Counted from the first letter of the stretch, positions 47,901 through 61,778 are shown. The stretch is 64,000 nt of DNA from Raillietiella orientalis (GCA_036172245.1 JAYWIR010000033.1:124001-188000); one strand, 5' to 3'. Translations and numbers: made by a program. The notes: generated by a model from the letters alone, not told the origin.

Positions 47901-50900
47901 CTAGACGGCTGGTGAGTGTGAGCATCATATCTCAGGCGAGCTAGGGCCCTTCAGCGGCTCAGCAACAAATCGTGGAAGGTGCTGAAGAGCAAGTGGTTCA
48001 GGCTGGCGACCAGCCGTATGCCGTCGCGCACCTCCACAGTGTTTACCTTTGGTCCTCTGAACGAAATGTTGGTTATTGCGCTGTCCCGGCAGATGTGCAG
48101 AAAGTGGCTTAAGATTTCGGAGAGCGCTCGTGTACCGCAAGATGCAGAAGAAACTGCTGGTCGATTCAGTCGAATAAATTCGGATGCAAGGTTGGTAGCC
48201 AAGGTTTGTGCAGAGCGCTTGGGACGAGATTAAAACGCCTTCATCAGCACGATACAGACATATGCTATTTCCGGGCGAGGTATGGAGGCGAACCTGTTCC
48301 AAGCTTCCATCTGGCTAGACCTTCTACGAGATATAAAATTGGTGCTCAACCAGAATTCCAGTGCGTGCGCGAACAAATGCTCAGATGTCCAAATCAAGGA
48401 GGGCGCCCATGAAAGCACCGTCGACTTACGGAAAGCATTCGAAATTCAACCGGATTCCGATGGTGGGTTTATTGCTAAATGAACTTTTACCAAGACGTGC
48501 AGTGGCTGGACAAATGCTCCAGCCACGCACAAAAAAACACAGAGCCTTTCAAGTCACAGGTTTGCAGGACGGAACGGTCCACCGAGGCCGAAGTGGAAGG
48601 GTGAAAAAACAAAATACCAAGCAAAAAGAATCAAAGAGTGGGAGGGAACGGGAAAGGATCACTTTTGCTGCAGGGGCTGCATCGTTCCTCTCAGGAAGCT
48701 GGCAAGCTCTTGTTGCATTTGAAGATATAGGTTTGGCCTTCGCGACGCTTTCCTCAGGAATTGGTAGGCGCACTGAATTGCATCCTGATCGCTTGGTACT
48801 CCCGCCGCCGTGCTCCATGCGGGGACGTTCCCACGGATGCAGCACAAGGCTGCAATCAAGGACTCTGGCCAAGGGGCGTCGGCAACGAAAAAGGCTTTCA
48901 GAGAGTCCCTCTGGTTGCCGCAGGGGATACCGACGACCGCGGCAAAGCGGAACCAAAGGGACCGAAGAGAAACACGATCCACTATGAGGAAGGGGATGGA
49001 TTCCCGTTGCCGCTCCTTACACGATTGGGGTCCATTGCGCCCCAGTTCCAGTGTTGTATGCATGTGTTGCAGAAGTGTCTTCAATGCTGCAACAGGAGCG
49101 CCAAATCCAGCCATTAGAAGGGGAGGGTGGAAGTGTTCATAAGTAGCAACAGCCACTTCAGATGTTCATTCGGGACATCGAGCAGCGCTCCCCAGCGCAG
49201 AAGTACATAGGAAAGTGTACTCTCGGTCGCAGCATAAGTTAACTTTCCAGTCTTGCACTCTCTTTGCTGCTTCTCGTTCCCGGAGGTTTTTATTCTAACC
49301 TCCTACTTTTCCGCAACATCGCTGCCCTGATCTTTAAGTAGAAACTCCAGCGCAGCAGCAAGAAGGGCTCTTCCTTCCCACGCTCTCCTCTTCGGATGCT
49401 ATAAGATCTCACGGAGCGTGGAACTTCTGTAACCTCCAAACAGGAACCTTCGTTCCTTTTGCGAGAGTTGCATGCCAAACTGTCCCTATGTTTGAACGGT
49501 TTTCCGCAACCAGGCACTACCGTCTAAGTGGCGACAGGTGAACCATCTCTTTACTTGTCGGCGCAGCCTCCCTCCAGAGCTGGAGTCCGCGACGGTAGAC
49601 GCGGCGTCGCAACGCAAGAAAGGACGTGAGTTCCGTCTTTCCGGTAGCTTGCTGAAGTTGGAGACGTTCAGGGGCGCACCAGGAGGTGCACCTCAACTCC
49701 GAAACAAGTGCCAACATTCGGAATTAGAGCAGAAGCTTTAGGCGCTATTATGTGAAGAGGTTGAGAGCACCTTGCCGACGCGGAGCACACAAGTCCTTTA
49801 TGCCGACTCGGGCCCACTTGGTGCCCCAAAAAGCGATAAGCCATTCGGAGGAGGAACTTCGTTCGCTTTTGTATCCTCTGTGTGGGGGGGTAAACAAGAA
49901 GCAGTGTCCGGTGTAAAGAAGCCGCGAACGTGTTCCAAACCGCGTTCCGTTCAGGCAGGATAAATCTGCAGCACCGGAGCGTTCCGATCGCCGTCTCTAC
50001 ATTCTGCAGTCAGCCGGACCACGCTTCCGCAGGGGAGTAGTACCTTAACGGCGTACCAAGGTACTGGAAGCACTTCACCGTGAAGATCCCAAAACGGACC
50101 CAGTCCTGGCGCCCTGCCTACGCCGCACCAACTGGAATCACGAACGACTTCGCCCTGTTCACCGTAAGTCTGGTTCCCCGATCCAGGAGGTCGACTATCT
50201 CCTTGAAAACAAAGCCCGTTTGGACATAGGGAGCAGCAGCAGAAGGTCGTCCTTGCAAGCTGACACCGCTATCGTAGCGCCGCAGTCGTGCGGCAGGTGC
50301 GCCAGAGTTTCCCTGTACGCTCTAAGTACCACCTCAATGTATGTACTAAATAGCAACTTGCCCTGGCTCTCTCCCTTCCGTTTGTCACGTTGTAGTTCCA
50401 CGCCGCGCACTGTCTGGCCGCTGGAAGTAAGACTCATTAGCGCGTAACCCCACCAGGCGCGCTGATAGACTACTATTGACGCCGGGAAGCTAGAGCGTTC
50501 CAAAAGCTTCAGCAGGAGATTCTGGTCGACGCTTTCGAATGCTTTACGCGAGTCGACAGCGACCGTAAGAGCTCCCTTTATCAGCCAACCATGCGTCTAA
50601 TGGCTGACCGACTTTGCGGAATTTCCGTTGCGAGTCAAACCCCTTTCCTGTTGGAGATCTATCGAGGTGAAAGCGTGGAACAGGTCCGCCTTCCTACTTC
50701 GCACGAGAACAGCATACGTCTGTTCTGGGCTAATAAAGGCGTTTGCATCTCGTCCCAAGCCCTCAACCCAAACCTTAGCTATCAACTTCGCATCCGCATT
50801 CACAATTATGATAGGACGCCAGTAGTTCATGCTCCCCAGATCTCCTCCCATTGGGAGAAGCCGCTCCCTTGACGAACGAAACGAGGCGCAAAGTCCGAAC

Positions 50901-53900
50901 GAAACGAGGCGCAGCCTGAATTGCGTATCAGCAAGGGGAGTTGATGTACCAAGGTGTTAACCTGGCAAGTTTGATTAAACTCCGCGGACAGGCCGTCCTT
51001 TCCTGCACCCTTGTGTTTCTAGAGCTTCCTGATGACCGTGATGATCTCGTTCATCGTAAAAAACTCGTCGAGGGACTTTTTGTCCTCCTCCCCGATCTCT
51101 TGAGCGCCTTTCGGATGCAAGAGTCGTGAGACATTGTGCTCGGGAGGCGCCCTGGCGTACAGGGAGGCGTTCGGACGTGATTCTTCTGCGCTCCTGCCGC
51201 ATAACATTCCGAAGGTTTTTTTTAGTATGTTTGTGAGTGGTACATCGCCGGTGTCCCATGGCAGGAATGCCTATGGGCACTGCGATGGAGATTGGAGAGG
51301 GAGAAACTTGTTCCTCTCCCCAACCCACGCAGGTGGAATAAACCACCCTCACGGAAGAGAGGGCAGCCGTCTTCCTGAAAAAGGGGGCAACCGCGCTTCT
51401 GGAAAACGGTGCAAGCGCCCCCTTGGATTAGAAGGCAAACACCCTACAGGAATAGAGTTAAACCGCCTTCTTGGAAATGGTGACAACTGCGTTTTCGGAT
51501 CCGTGTTCTCCAAACACGGAAATCTAGACCTCCGTGGCTGCAGCGCCATCTCCTGCAGCATTAGCAAAACAACACGCCTACCTGAGAACAAGATAGGTTC
51601 CGAACTTGATGTACAACGTAAGAAATCTGTTCGTTGGAAATGATGTCTGCCATTCCGAGAGGAGACTGAAGCGGCTAGAAGTTAAAGAGGAGGACCTGGA
51701 AAGTTTGTCAGTTCTCAGTGGGGGCCTGCGGGTGACCCTTACTTGCAGAGATGCAAGCCTGTCTCAACGCCTGCTGAATACTCCTCTCATGTTGGAAGGC
51801 AAGAAGTTCTTTCCAGTAACCGAGGATCGCTCTGTATTAGGGCATCTCACATGGATAACCCTTCGCATGTCAAAAACCGGCTTGAAGGAGGAATTGAGTA
51901 GATTCAGAACGGAACACGAGGTATGGACCAAGCCGAAGTCTCCAAAGTTACAGAAGTTTCTTCAGTAGCACGGCTTCAGCGCGTGTGGCCGTTCACGAGA
52001 ACGGTGTGCTACCCTACAAACTCGGCGTCGGCAACGATACCGTCGACGTCTGGTACGTGGGTTAGCCCAAGTACAGTGGACACTACGATGCCACAGGGCA
52101 CCTTAATAAACGATGCCCCACAACAATTGTTTCCACTGCGGCGAAAAAGCACGGCTGCGGAAGATGTGTCCAAAAGGCGAATCCCCGTTGCCCCCTACTT
52201 TTTAAAAAGCCAATGGGAATCACGCCGGGCGAATGGAAAATCCTAAGGAGGCGCCCGAGATGCGGAACATACAGCCAGAGCCCGAATTCGTGCAGCAAAT
52301 GCCGGCTGAGGATAATCCCGACTAGGCTGGAGAGAGCGAAGGCTAGCATAAGGCGGACCGCATAAGTAAAAATATCAAGAAACCTGAAGCACGAAAGCGG
52401 AACACACGATATCTCCATTAAATAGGAGACAACGCCGCGCATTGCTCTGCGAATGTTCGGTTTCCTTGGAGTGCGTGGAGGTCCCTTAGACCGAAGCCGG
52501 GGTAGATATTTCCCGCCTAGTTGACGACGCAGTCGCGACCGCGGAAGGCAAACCTTCTACGCAAACAGGGGAAGAACAGAGCGACGCGCTCGCCGCAATC
52601 GAGGAGGCCGCCTTTCAAAAGGCGGAGGAAGAGCTCGCGGCCGAACTCGCCGACCGTTAGAACCGAGCGAGTATGGCCTTACAAAGGCCGGCAGCGAGTT
52701 ACGCACCTCCGATAGGTGACCACGACCCGGATGGGGAAGTGCGTAATTCTCCGCGGAGGCGCCTTCGAAGAATACTTGACGCAAGTCCAACAAACCGAAG
52801 AGGCGCATCGCGACGAAGAAGGAGGGGACACACCGGCAACCGAGAGGGAAGCCGACACCGTGGGAACGGAGGAAGGAATTTTCCCACCATCCGCTACCGA
52901 GCAGCTGGCCAACCCTATGGAGGAGGGGGAGCAGGTAAGTGATTGGTTCCCCCTTCCATCGGTGGGCCGACGTGTGTTTCCTTCGTTCCCGAGTGAGTCG
53001 ACAGGAAACGGTTTCTTTCGTGTTGTGTTTGTGTGGAACGTCGTTGGTGTCGGATAGCAACCTTCCCTGAGAACTCCACGATGGAGGTAGGTGTAGAAGA
53101 GGCTTGTCAATCCCCACAGCCTACTGGATCAGGGGAATCCGACCCGGAGTGATCCCTGGCAACTCCGAGCACGTGAAGCGTTATGGTGGATTCGTTTAGC
53201 GCAACAGCCATTGCGGAGATGGGTGCCTACCGGGCAGCTGGGTACAAGCCTAGCTTAGTATACCGTGTTGGCAATCTTTTTGATGGGCGAACTGCACGCA
53301 GCTTTACGAAGGCCCTCCAGAACACCAACGTACTAGATAAGGAACTTAATGGTTTATCTATGCTTAGCGGGGGTCAGCTCGTCGAGGTTGTCTGTAAGGA
53401 CATTATTTTCGCGCAAAATCTGATGACCACCCCGCAGAACATCGATGAGCGCATGATCCTGCCAGTGACGATGGACCGCTCCGTAGCGGTCCATCTGACT
53501 GTTATCACCAGCCTCATGACGCGGTCCGCGGTTGGTGAAGAAATGCAGAAGTTCGGTGAGGTAGACGCGCTGTGACCAAAGGCCACTATCTTCGAGGGCT
53601 AGAATAGCCTTTCCGTGGGGCAGCCTGCCGCGCAGGTGTCTGTAAACGAGGGTGGAGCGCCACCTTACAAGTTGGGGGTCTGCCAGGAAGCGGTAAACAT
53701 CTGGTACGTGGGGAAACGCCGCTACCGTGGGAACTGTAGCACAGTAGGTCACCTCCGCAAAAGGTGCCTAAATAAACAGTGCCACCTGCGTGGGAATCAA
53801 AGCCACGATCGGCTAGTGTGCCCCAAGCGCCCCAGCCCGGTGCAAGCTGACGCAAAAAGGCGCAGGAGAAAAAACGAAAGAGGTCGCAAGACCTATAGTT

Positions 53901-54953
53901 GAAAGTGGCCGGCAGAAGCTGTTAGCACCTCAACCTCCGAAGCAAAACTCGGAGGAACAACCTTCCTAAGTAGTGGGAGGGGCAGACGTTTGGCAGGATA
54001 TAGAAGCCCGTTCGGAAAAAAGGTTCTCAACCAGGAAGACGCAAGAGCGGATAAAAAGCCGGCCGGTAAGGAGACAAAACCTGGGCCGCGCTCCAAGGCT
54101 TAGCGGGAGTGCACGATGGCACTCGAATGCATTGCTTTTCCCGAGGTTGCTACCCGGGACGACGAGCCTCTCCTCGCCGTTCCCGCCGTGCTCAAGGCTT
54201 GCGACGGTGAAGTCTCTGTGCAAACAGAGGGTGAGCCAAGGAACCCGCAAGCCGGAAGCGAGGACGATGTATTGGCGCTGGCCGCGAAGCTCGCGGCCAC
54301 GCTGGTTGAGCGTGAGAACATCTCTCGCAAAACCTTGCGAAGGCCGGCTTCGTCAAAGAAGGCCTTTACAAATGAGTCAGAGCTGGGGGCAAGATGCACA
54401 TCCTCCTCTTCGAAATCACTCTTCAGAAATGCGCGACGGAAGTCCCAGAAGCTGAGGAGGTTCCTACTTTCCTCCAGCAAGGAGGAGAAGCAGGAAGGTA
54501 GCGGAAGAGTGGGAATCCCGGAGAGGGGATTCCCACGCACGGAAGTCGTCGTGCTGGCCACTTCCATGAAGGAGAGTGAGTTAGGGGGTAAGGTCCTCCC
54601 TGCAGTCGCCATGCATGAACAGCACGCCCTCTTGGAGGAGGGCCAACAGGTGCCCAACGTCTGCTAGGTCACCTGGTTTTTTGGGGAATCGCCGGCTCCA
54701 CCCCATCACGGAGGATACATCCATCGTGATGCACCACCGCGGAATCACTTTCCGGATGGACAAAAAGGCTGTCCGAAAGAAATTATTAAAATTTGGCACC
54801 GTGAAAGCGCGGTGAAAAAAGCCGACTCCGTTTTGGGAGTATGATCTTCCCAATCGCGGTCAGGCTTCCGCGGGAATCACGGTGCGCGAGATTTGCTCCT
54901 TACCAAACAAGCTGGAAGTCAACGGCGAGCCCGTTGACATTTGGTATGTTGGT
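44392..54953 (+). repeat. Segmental duplicate of ~18159-29506
   Basis: Colinear paralogous ORFs (22939/48361, 25686/51134, 27737/53183, 28169/53615) and shared internal junctions. Confidence 0.97.
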
Positions 54954-54954
54954 T

Positions 54955-57117
54955 TTTCATTCGGGTGAGCCGGGTCTTTTATTATGAAAATTTTTTGAGA
55001 TGACAAAAAATTCCATAACAAAGTCTGAATTTTTTCACCAAAAATTTCATTTCCTGTTCAGGATGTCTAGAAGTTCATAAACGTTTAGTGGCACTTGTCC
55101 TTACCGACCCAAAGGCCGATAAGGTCCTTCACTGGCGCCGGGACGGGAAAAATAAAGGAAACAAAAACAAAAAAAGAGAAACGTCTGCAGGGCAATGTTT
55201 TGGGAGAGGGGGAGGGAGGGAGGGAATAACGGTGCGCCGTGAGCAGGCCTTTGCATCCGGTTTCGGATGGGAACAAGTGCCGGCAAATGTTTTTGAAGTC
55301 GGCGCCAACGGCACGCTTTCTCCATGGAGATCGCTGCCCAGTGGATGGCATTCCGACTGGTCCTTCCTCTTCTAGACGCGGTCCACTTCTCCAGGTTACC
55401 GCGTATGCAGCAGAGCACTGCTACGCTCCCGGAGGCTGGCAAGCCGTCTCGCGTCAGGAGGCGTCTGAATAAATTTTTCAGGTCACCCTCCGGAATGTTA
55501 AGGATCGTCGAGAGTCTGTCCTACATTTCGCGGAAGGCAACACACTCCAGAATCAAGTGAGGGAAGGTCTCCCTTTCCCCGCACTCTGCACAACTAGCAT
55601 CCACATTTCCCGTTGTCCAGGGAAACAGGCGTGCTCTGCTTAAAAGTCCCCAGTGGAGCAGAAGCAACGCCGTCTCCTGCCACTGCAGGGGAAGGGTGCC
55701 GCTGTCCCATGACGCTGAGGGCCACTTCACCTCCTCCGGAGGTATACCGAGCAGCGCGCCCAAGCGTAAAAGTCTGTTCGGCGGGACACTCGGGGTACTA
55801 GCGTCCGCTAGTTCCCTCGGCGTTCACGCCTTCAGTGATTTTTTCCTGCCTCCGATGAGGCAGGACACTTCTCACGATGCCTGTTGGTGACTGTCCCGAA
55901 GTTCCCTGAGGGATTGCAGCACTGGAGCAAGGGGGGTGAAGGAAGCCCACAGAAGTTTCCCTGGGTTGGAAACGATCTCCTGCAGTGGCTGACCAGCGTA
56001 CCTGCCTCTACGGAGCCAGGAGAAGTGCTCATCACTGGAGCCGTTGATTTTAGCCCATGCGGAAACGGACTCCTGAAGCCAGGTAGTCCAGTCCGCTAAG
56101 ATGCAGGAGATCCAAGGGTTGTCTCTCATCAGGAAAACCAAGTCCCGCAGCTGATAACCACAATAGTTCAGGCTGCGTTTGTTAACTACCAGGATTGAAG
56201 TCAATCCGAAGCAGCCGGTTGCCCTGTGAGCAAGGAGTCTTGCCGGTGCACACCAGGGTGCTGTCCAAAACTTTGCCACAAGGGCAAGTTTTCTAAATTG
56301 GAGCTGTTGCTCCATGCGCTCCAACGTCAGGAGACCAAATCCACCGTCCCTGAATAAAGCGGACAAGTCTTTGAGCCGGAGGCGGGACCTCCGGTAGCCC
56401 CAGAGGGCTTTCCGTATAAGGGCCCTAGTCCGTGTCCTAATTTAGTAAGGGGTAGGGCACACAAAATGTAGGGGGCGAAGAAGGGGGGCCGCGAAAGCGT
56501 TCCATACCGTGGCCCGTTCCTGCAAGTGAAACTAACCGTCCCGGAACGGGTTGATCGCCAGCTCCACTTTTTGTAGACGGTCGGACCAGGCTTCTGCAGA
56601 GCAGAAGTCCCCCAACGAACGCCAAGGTACTTGATATACCTGCCCTTGGGGATCCTTAACCGGATCCAGTCCGACCGTCCGGCCCTCGTCGAGTCGGTGA
56701 GAAGCAACGACGACTTCGTCCTGTTTACCTGGAGGCCTGTCCCACGGTATAGCAACTCGTGGAAATCCTCGAGCGCCGATGCCGGGGTGGACCCGGGAAG
56801 CAGGAGCAGAAGATCGTCGGCATAGGCCGACACGGCAGACGTGCCAAGACACGAGCTCGGCAGAGTTGCCAAAGTCTCCCTGTATGCTCTCAGCACCAAC
56901 TCAAAGTAGATGCTGAAGAGCAGGGGGCTGAGGCTGTCACCCTGCTGGATGCCACGACGAACCAGCACGCCGAACACGTGCCGGCGGCTGAAAATGATAT
57001 TGATGAGCGCGAAGCGCCAGCAGGAGCGCAGGTAGGCCAGGAAGACGGCCGGAAATCCCAAGCGTTCCAGGAGCTCCAGATGGAGCTCCTGGTCGACGAA
57101 GTCGAAAGCTTTACGTC
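54955..57117 (-). mobile_element. L1/Tx1-like 3' half, antisense (divergent subfamily)
   Basis: RKAFDFVDQ, RRGIQQGDSLSPLLF, AYADDLLL, GGFGLLTL, CAECGERETFPHLILEC; AATAAA at 54978-54983. Confidence 0.95.
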
Positions 57118-57119
57118 GG

Positions 57120-59815
57120 CTAGAGCGGACGTGTTTCCTCGATGCTCCTCATGCCAGGAACCGTCCCTAGGTGTAGGATTCGTGTGTGGTGGTGGTCGAT
57201 CAGGCAGCAGTGCCTGACACGACCACCAGTGCGTGTCAGAGGGCGGTGGCAACGTCACCTCCTGAAGAAATGGAGTGCCAGGTGGCGGCAGCAACGTCGC
57301 TTCTAGAGAAGGTGGAGTGCCAGGAGGCGGCGGCAACGTCGCCTTCAATGGCGAAGGAGGTGGGGGCGTCCGCCCCCACAAAACCGGTCCCCGCTGCAGC
57401 GCGGGCGTGGAGCGCCGTCGTGTCGGCGCCATCGCCGGCAGCTGCGGCGGAATTATCTGCCTATGTGGAAGAGGGGTATAACCCATCACTATTCTACAAG
57501 GTAGGAAATTTGTATACTTCTGAGAGTGCGCGCGCCTTTTCGAAGGGGATGCGCGCTCTCGATGTTAAATAGGAGGAGCTCTGCGCTATGACCATTCGTA
57601 GCGGGGGGCAGTACGTAGAGGTGATCTGTAAACATGCAGATCTGGCCCAACGTCTGCTTAAAACCCCCGTGGTAATGGAAACACGCAGGCCTATTCCCGT
57701 TAGGGCGCACCACAGTATGGTGGTCCACCTTTTAGGAGTTACCGCGCGGATGCGGAAAGAACAGTTACGCGCCGCGTTGGGAAAAGAAGGCACGGTGCAT
57801 GCAGTATGGACCAAGCCTAGTCCTTTCGAGGACTATACCACACTTCAGTGCAGCCTCACGGCTGCCCGTGTAACCGTTCGGGAGGGATCTACCCTTCCTC
57901 ACAAACTGGTGGTCGGCGGAGAAAGCGTCGACCTCTGGTACGTGGGGAAGCCCAAATACTGTGGCTTCTGCAACACGTCGGGACACCTCAAAAGAAGGTG
58001 CCCCAACGTACAGTGCCTGGTATGCGGGACAATGAGCCACACGAGGGAAGTGTGTCCACAATCTGCTGTGCGCGTGGTTTCCGCGAGCAACCTAAAAAAA
58101 CGCGCGGGGCTGCTACATAAAAAACTGGCAGCGATGGCTGCCGCTCAAGCTGTGCCACCCACTTTCGTGGTCCAAGCCTCATTCGACACCCCGGCAGCGA
58201 ATGCCGAAAAGATCGACAAAAGCGGTGAGGTGTCGGAATGGCAAGAAGCCACAGCGAAAAAAAAAAAAAAGTCGAAGAAAGAACGACGAATTGAAAAAAA
58301 GCTCGCCTACCAAAATAAAAAACAGCAGGTTAGCGAGAATTGAAAAGAATGCCGCGTCGTCGTGAAACGCGTCCTTGCCGAACGCCGGAAGGTAGAAATC
58401 GCTGCTACCGACGAGCAACCCACTGTTGAAAATGTGAACAGCGTGAGGAGCGAACCGGCGGAAGCGTCCGTCATCGAGACCGTGATCGAGGACGCCGCCT
58501 TCGAGCGTGCGGCGGAGGAGCTGGCTCCATCGTTGCAGCCAGACCCCTCCAAGGCTGGCAAAAAGGCAGTGAGGCGTCCGGCCTCCACCGAGAAGTCGGT
58601 AACTTCCGACCTTGAAGCGCAGGCCGGAAACCAAGTTTCCATCTCCGCGGCACCCCGCCGGAAGGCTGGAAGGAAGTATAGCAAACCCTGTAAAGCACCT
58701 CTCCAGGTCGAAGGCGTGGAGATGACTTCCGACTGCGAGGGTGCAATGAGCGTGGGAGAATCCCGGGAATCGTCACCCGAGAGACCACCACGCACAGACA
58801 CGGAGGAGATCGAGGGGGCTGAAGCCGAAAAGGTACCCAAGGTGCCTGACGAGGCTAAAACCCAAATGGTCATCTCACCCGCCTCGCAAGAGGCAAGTTC
58901 CCATACACCGTCATCTTCCCGGCATTACTGCCGGGAATCTCCTCCCGCCGTCGTTTGCGCATCGCCGTTTGGAACGTAAACGGGATGACAGACGCCGGCA
59001 GGAGACGGGACATGGCCGCCATTCTAGGATCGTTCGACCTTGTGCTGCTGCAGGAGATCCATGTGATCTCTGCAGAACAAGCGCAGGAGATCGAACGCAT
59101 CTACGGAGGGCGGCTGTGGTATCGGTGTGGAACATCGAGAAGTTGTGGTGTCGCCTACCTGCTTCGGCCCGCCATCGAGGCCGCCGCCCGTGGAGTTCGG
59201 TTCGACGATCACGGTCGTATCGGCCAGCTGACTCTCAGCTGGTCCGACTCGATCGACCTGATCCTTACGAACGTTTAGGCCCCGAGGGGAGCGGATCTGA
59301 CGAACAGGAGGGCCAGGAAAGAATTTTTCCTTGCCCTCCATCGCGACTGGTTGACCGAGGCAGGCGTGCAGAATGCCCATCTGGTTGCAGACGATTTTCA
59401 CGTTCGTCTGAAACCGGATGTGCAGAATCACGAGCGTGACCTGGTCAACGAGGTGTGCGCGGCGGTGCACACTTGTAATTTGTTGGCCAGTGTACCAGGG
59501 ATGGAGGACAACATCGATCATGTGTTCCTTGACGAGCACTTGTGCACTCGTGTGGGCAAGCGCTGCAAGTTGCCGTGCGAGTTGTCCGACCATCGACCAA
59601 TCGTGATTGAAATCCATCCACGCGAAAGGGGCCCCCCCTCGTCAGCGTGGCGTTTGCCAGGGGACTGGCTGAAGATCCCGGACGCGACGGAACATCTCCG
59701 CACGTTTATACGGAGCTTTAGGATGCAGACACTTCAGGATTTGGACCGCTTCAAACGGTCGGTCCAGGAGTTCTGCGACCAGTTCCCTCGGCACCGCCTA
59801 CCTTCGGGATTTGGG
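57120..59815 (+). mobile_element. 5' half: UTR, ORF1 (two CCHC knuckles) and APE
   Basis: GYNPSLFYKVGNL, YCGFCNTSGHLKRRCPNVQCLVCGTMSHTREVC, RIAVWNVNG..LLQEIH, DHVFL, SDHRP; in-frame stops. Confidence 0.95.
57243..57360 (+). repeat. 42-bp tandem repeat (about 3 units) in the ORF1 N-terminus
   Basis: ATSPPEEMECQVAA / ATSLLEKVECQEAA / ATSPSMAKE; the sibling copy at ~61905 has one unit. Confidence 0.8.
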
Positions 59816-61778
59816 GATATCACCCGGGTACGCCCGGGGCGTTTATTAATAAAATTTACATGCGTGGTACAAGGCCCTACCACGGCTGTAAACACAGGAC
59901 CTGTCGCGACACCGGGACGTAGCCCGGCGTGGCACTCCCCGACAGCGAAAGGGGATGAGGGGAAAAACAAAAAGAAAAATAAAGAAATAAAAAACAAGAA
60001 GAGTTTGGAGGGCAGGGTAAGGATCACTGGTCGCTGTGAGGAGGGCCCATCCTTCGAAAATGCCCTTGAGGTCTCTCCGCATATCTCCCAGCTGAGGCCA
60101 TCCGGCAGCTATCCGCAAGAAGCGTTGGGCATACGGGATGACATCCCTCGCCTGTGGACCCACTCCTTCGTTGTTGGCGTCGCTCCATGCCGCCACGATG
60201 CCACGGACGCAGCACAAGGCTGCGATGGCTGCGACTGGCTGCAGTGCGTCCTTCACGAAGAGAAGCCGAAGAACGTCTATGAGGGTTCTGCCCGTAGGGA
60301 GCCCGAGGTTCGTCCCGGACCGTTCCCAAAGGGGTCGGAGGGCAGCACAATCCGCAATAAGGTGGGGAAGCGACTCCCGCTCCCCACATCTGGCACACGG
60401 AGGATCCACAGCTCCCCTCGTCCAGTGAAAGCGGCGCGCGTTGCAGAATAGACCTCAGTGCAACAGGAGCAACGCCGACTCTTGCCACTTGAGAAGCAGG
60501 ATCCTGCATTCTTTCATCACCGGGGGCCACTTCAGCTCATCCCTGGGGATGACGAGCAGCTCGCCCCATCTTACTAATCCTCGCGGCTGGACGCTCGGGG
60601 CGAAGCGTCGGTTAGTTCTCCTGTTTTCTAGCCGCTAATTAACTTCTCGCGTCCCTCGATGCAGCAGGAGACTTGCCACCTTGGCATTCGGCTGCCCTGA
60701 AGTGCCCTCTTCAAGAAGGGCAACGCCGTAGCTAGGCAGTTCATTTCTGCCCACGTGCATCTTGCTGGACTCTCCAGGAGATTCCGCAGCGTGCAGCTGG
60801 CGTACGGGCTGCATCGGAGACGACTCCACGTTTTGTGGCTCCTCTGGTTAACCACTGCCCACGTTCCAATATTCTCCTCCAGCCAGGCGAAGGAGTTGAC
60901 GGGGCAGCAAACCATCCAGCTGTTCACCTTGGCCAATGTTGCCATGCGCCCGAGCAGTAGGCCGCATCTTCGCATCTTCCGGCCAGGGCTCAGAAGAGAA
61001 GACGCGAGTCCATCGCACCGGGGCACACGGCTGGCCAGGAGGTGGGCCGGAATGCACCAAGGGGTGCTCTGCATCTTCGCTTCGATGGCGAGGGTTCGCC
61101 ATTGCAAGTGCTTTTTCACGCGCTCCAGCGTCAGGAGGGCAAGGATGGGGGCCGCGGAGGCGTTCCAAACCGCGGCTTGTTCCGGAAAGTGAAACTTGCC
61201 TTCCAGGAACGGGCCGATCGCCGTCTCGACTTTTTGGAGGCAGCTGGACCACGCTTCCGCAGGGGAGTAGTCCCCCAACGGCACACCAAGGTACTTGAAG
61301 CACATCGCCGTAAGGATCCCTAGACGGACCCAGTCCTGCTATTCTGCCCACGCCGCACCTATTGGCACAACCGACGACTTCGCCCTGTTAACCTGCAGTC
61401 CGGTCCCGCGGCTGAGCAGATCGAAGAAGTCTCCGACCGCCTTTGCCGGGGTGGACATTGACAACAAGAGCAGAAGATCTTCGGCGTACGCTGCTACGGC
61501 GGGCGTGCCGGGGCACGAGATCGGCAATGGGGCCAAAGTCACCCTGTACGCTCTCAGCACCAACTCAAAGTGGGTGCTGAAGAGCAGGGGGCTGAGGATA
61601 TCTCCCTGCCTTATGCCCCGTTGCACCGGCACGCCATACACCTTGTGACCGCTGAAAGAGACGGTAATCATCGCATTCCGCCAGCAAGAGCGCAGGTAGG
61701 AAATCAGGGAGGGTGGAAAGCCCATGCGACCCAGGAGCGCCAAGAGGAGTTCCTGGTCTACACAGTCGAACGCCTTGT
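59816..61778 (-). mobile_element. L1/Tx1-like 3' half, antisense; relative of 31371-33500
   Basis: HKAFDCVDQ, RGIRQGDILSPLLF, AYAEDL, FKYLGVP, CARCGERESLPHLIADC; AATAAACG at 59840-59847. Confidence 0.95.

Noticed and set aside
50873..50913. 18-bp direct repeat CGAACGAAACGAGGCGCA as a regulatory site or TSD
   Set aside because: It is absent from the paralog at ~25443 and looks like a simple local slippage duplication.
59351..60451. 366-aa ORF as a novel APE fusion protein (similarly 33474..34448 and 22939..23784)
   Set aside because: These read through junctions into antisense or out-of-frame retroelement sequence. They are chance open frames in GC-rich DNA.
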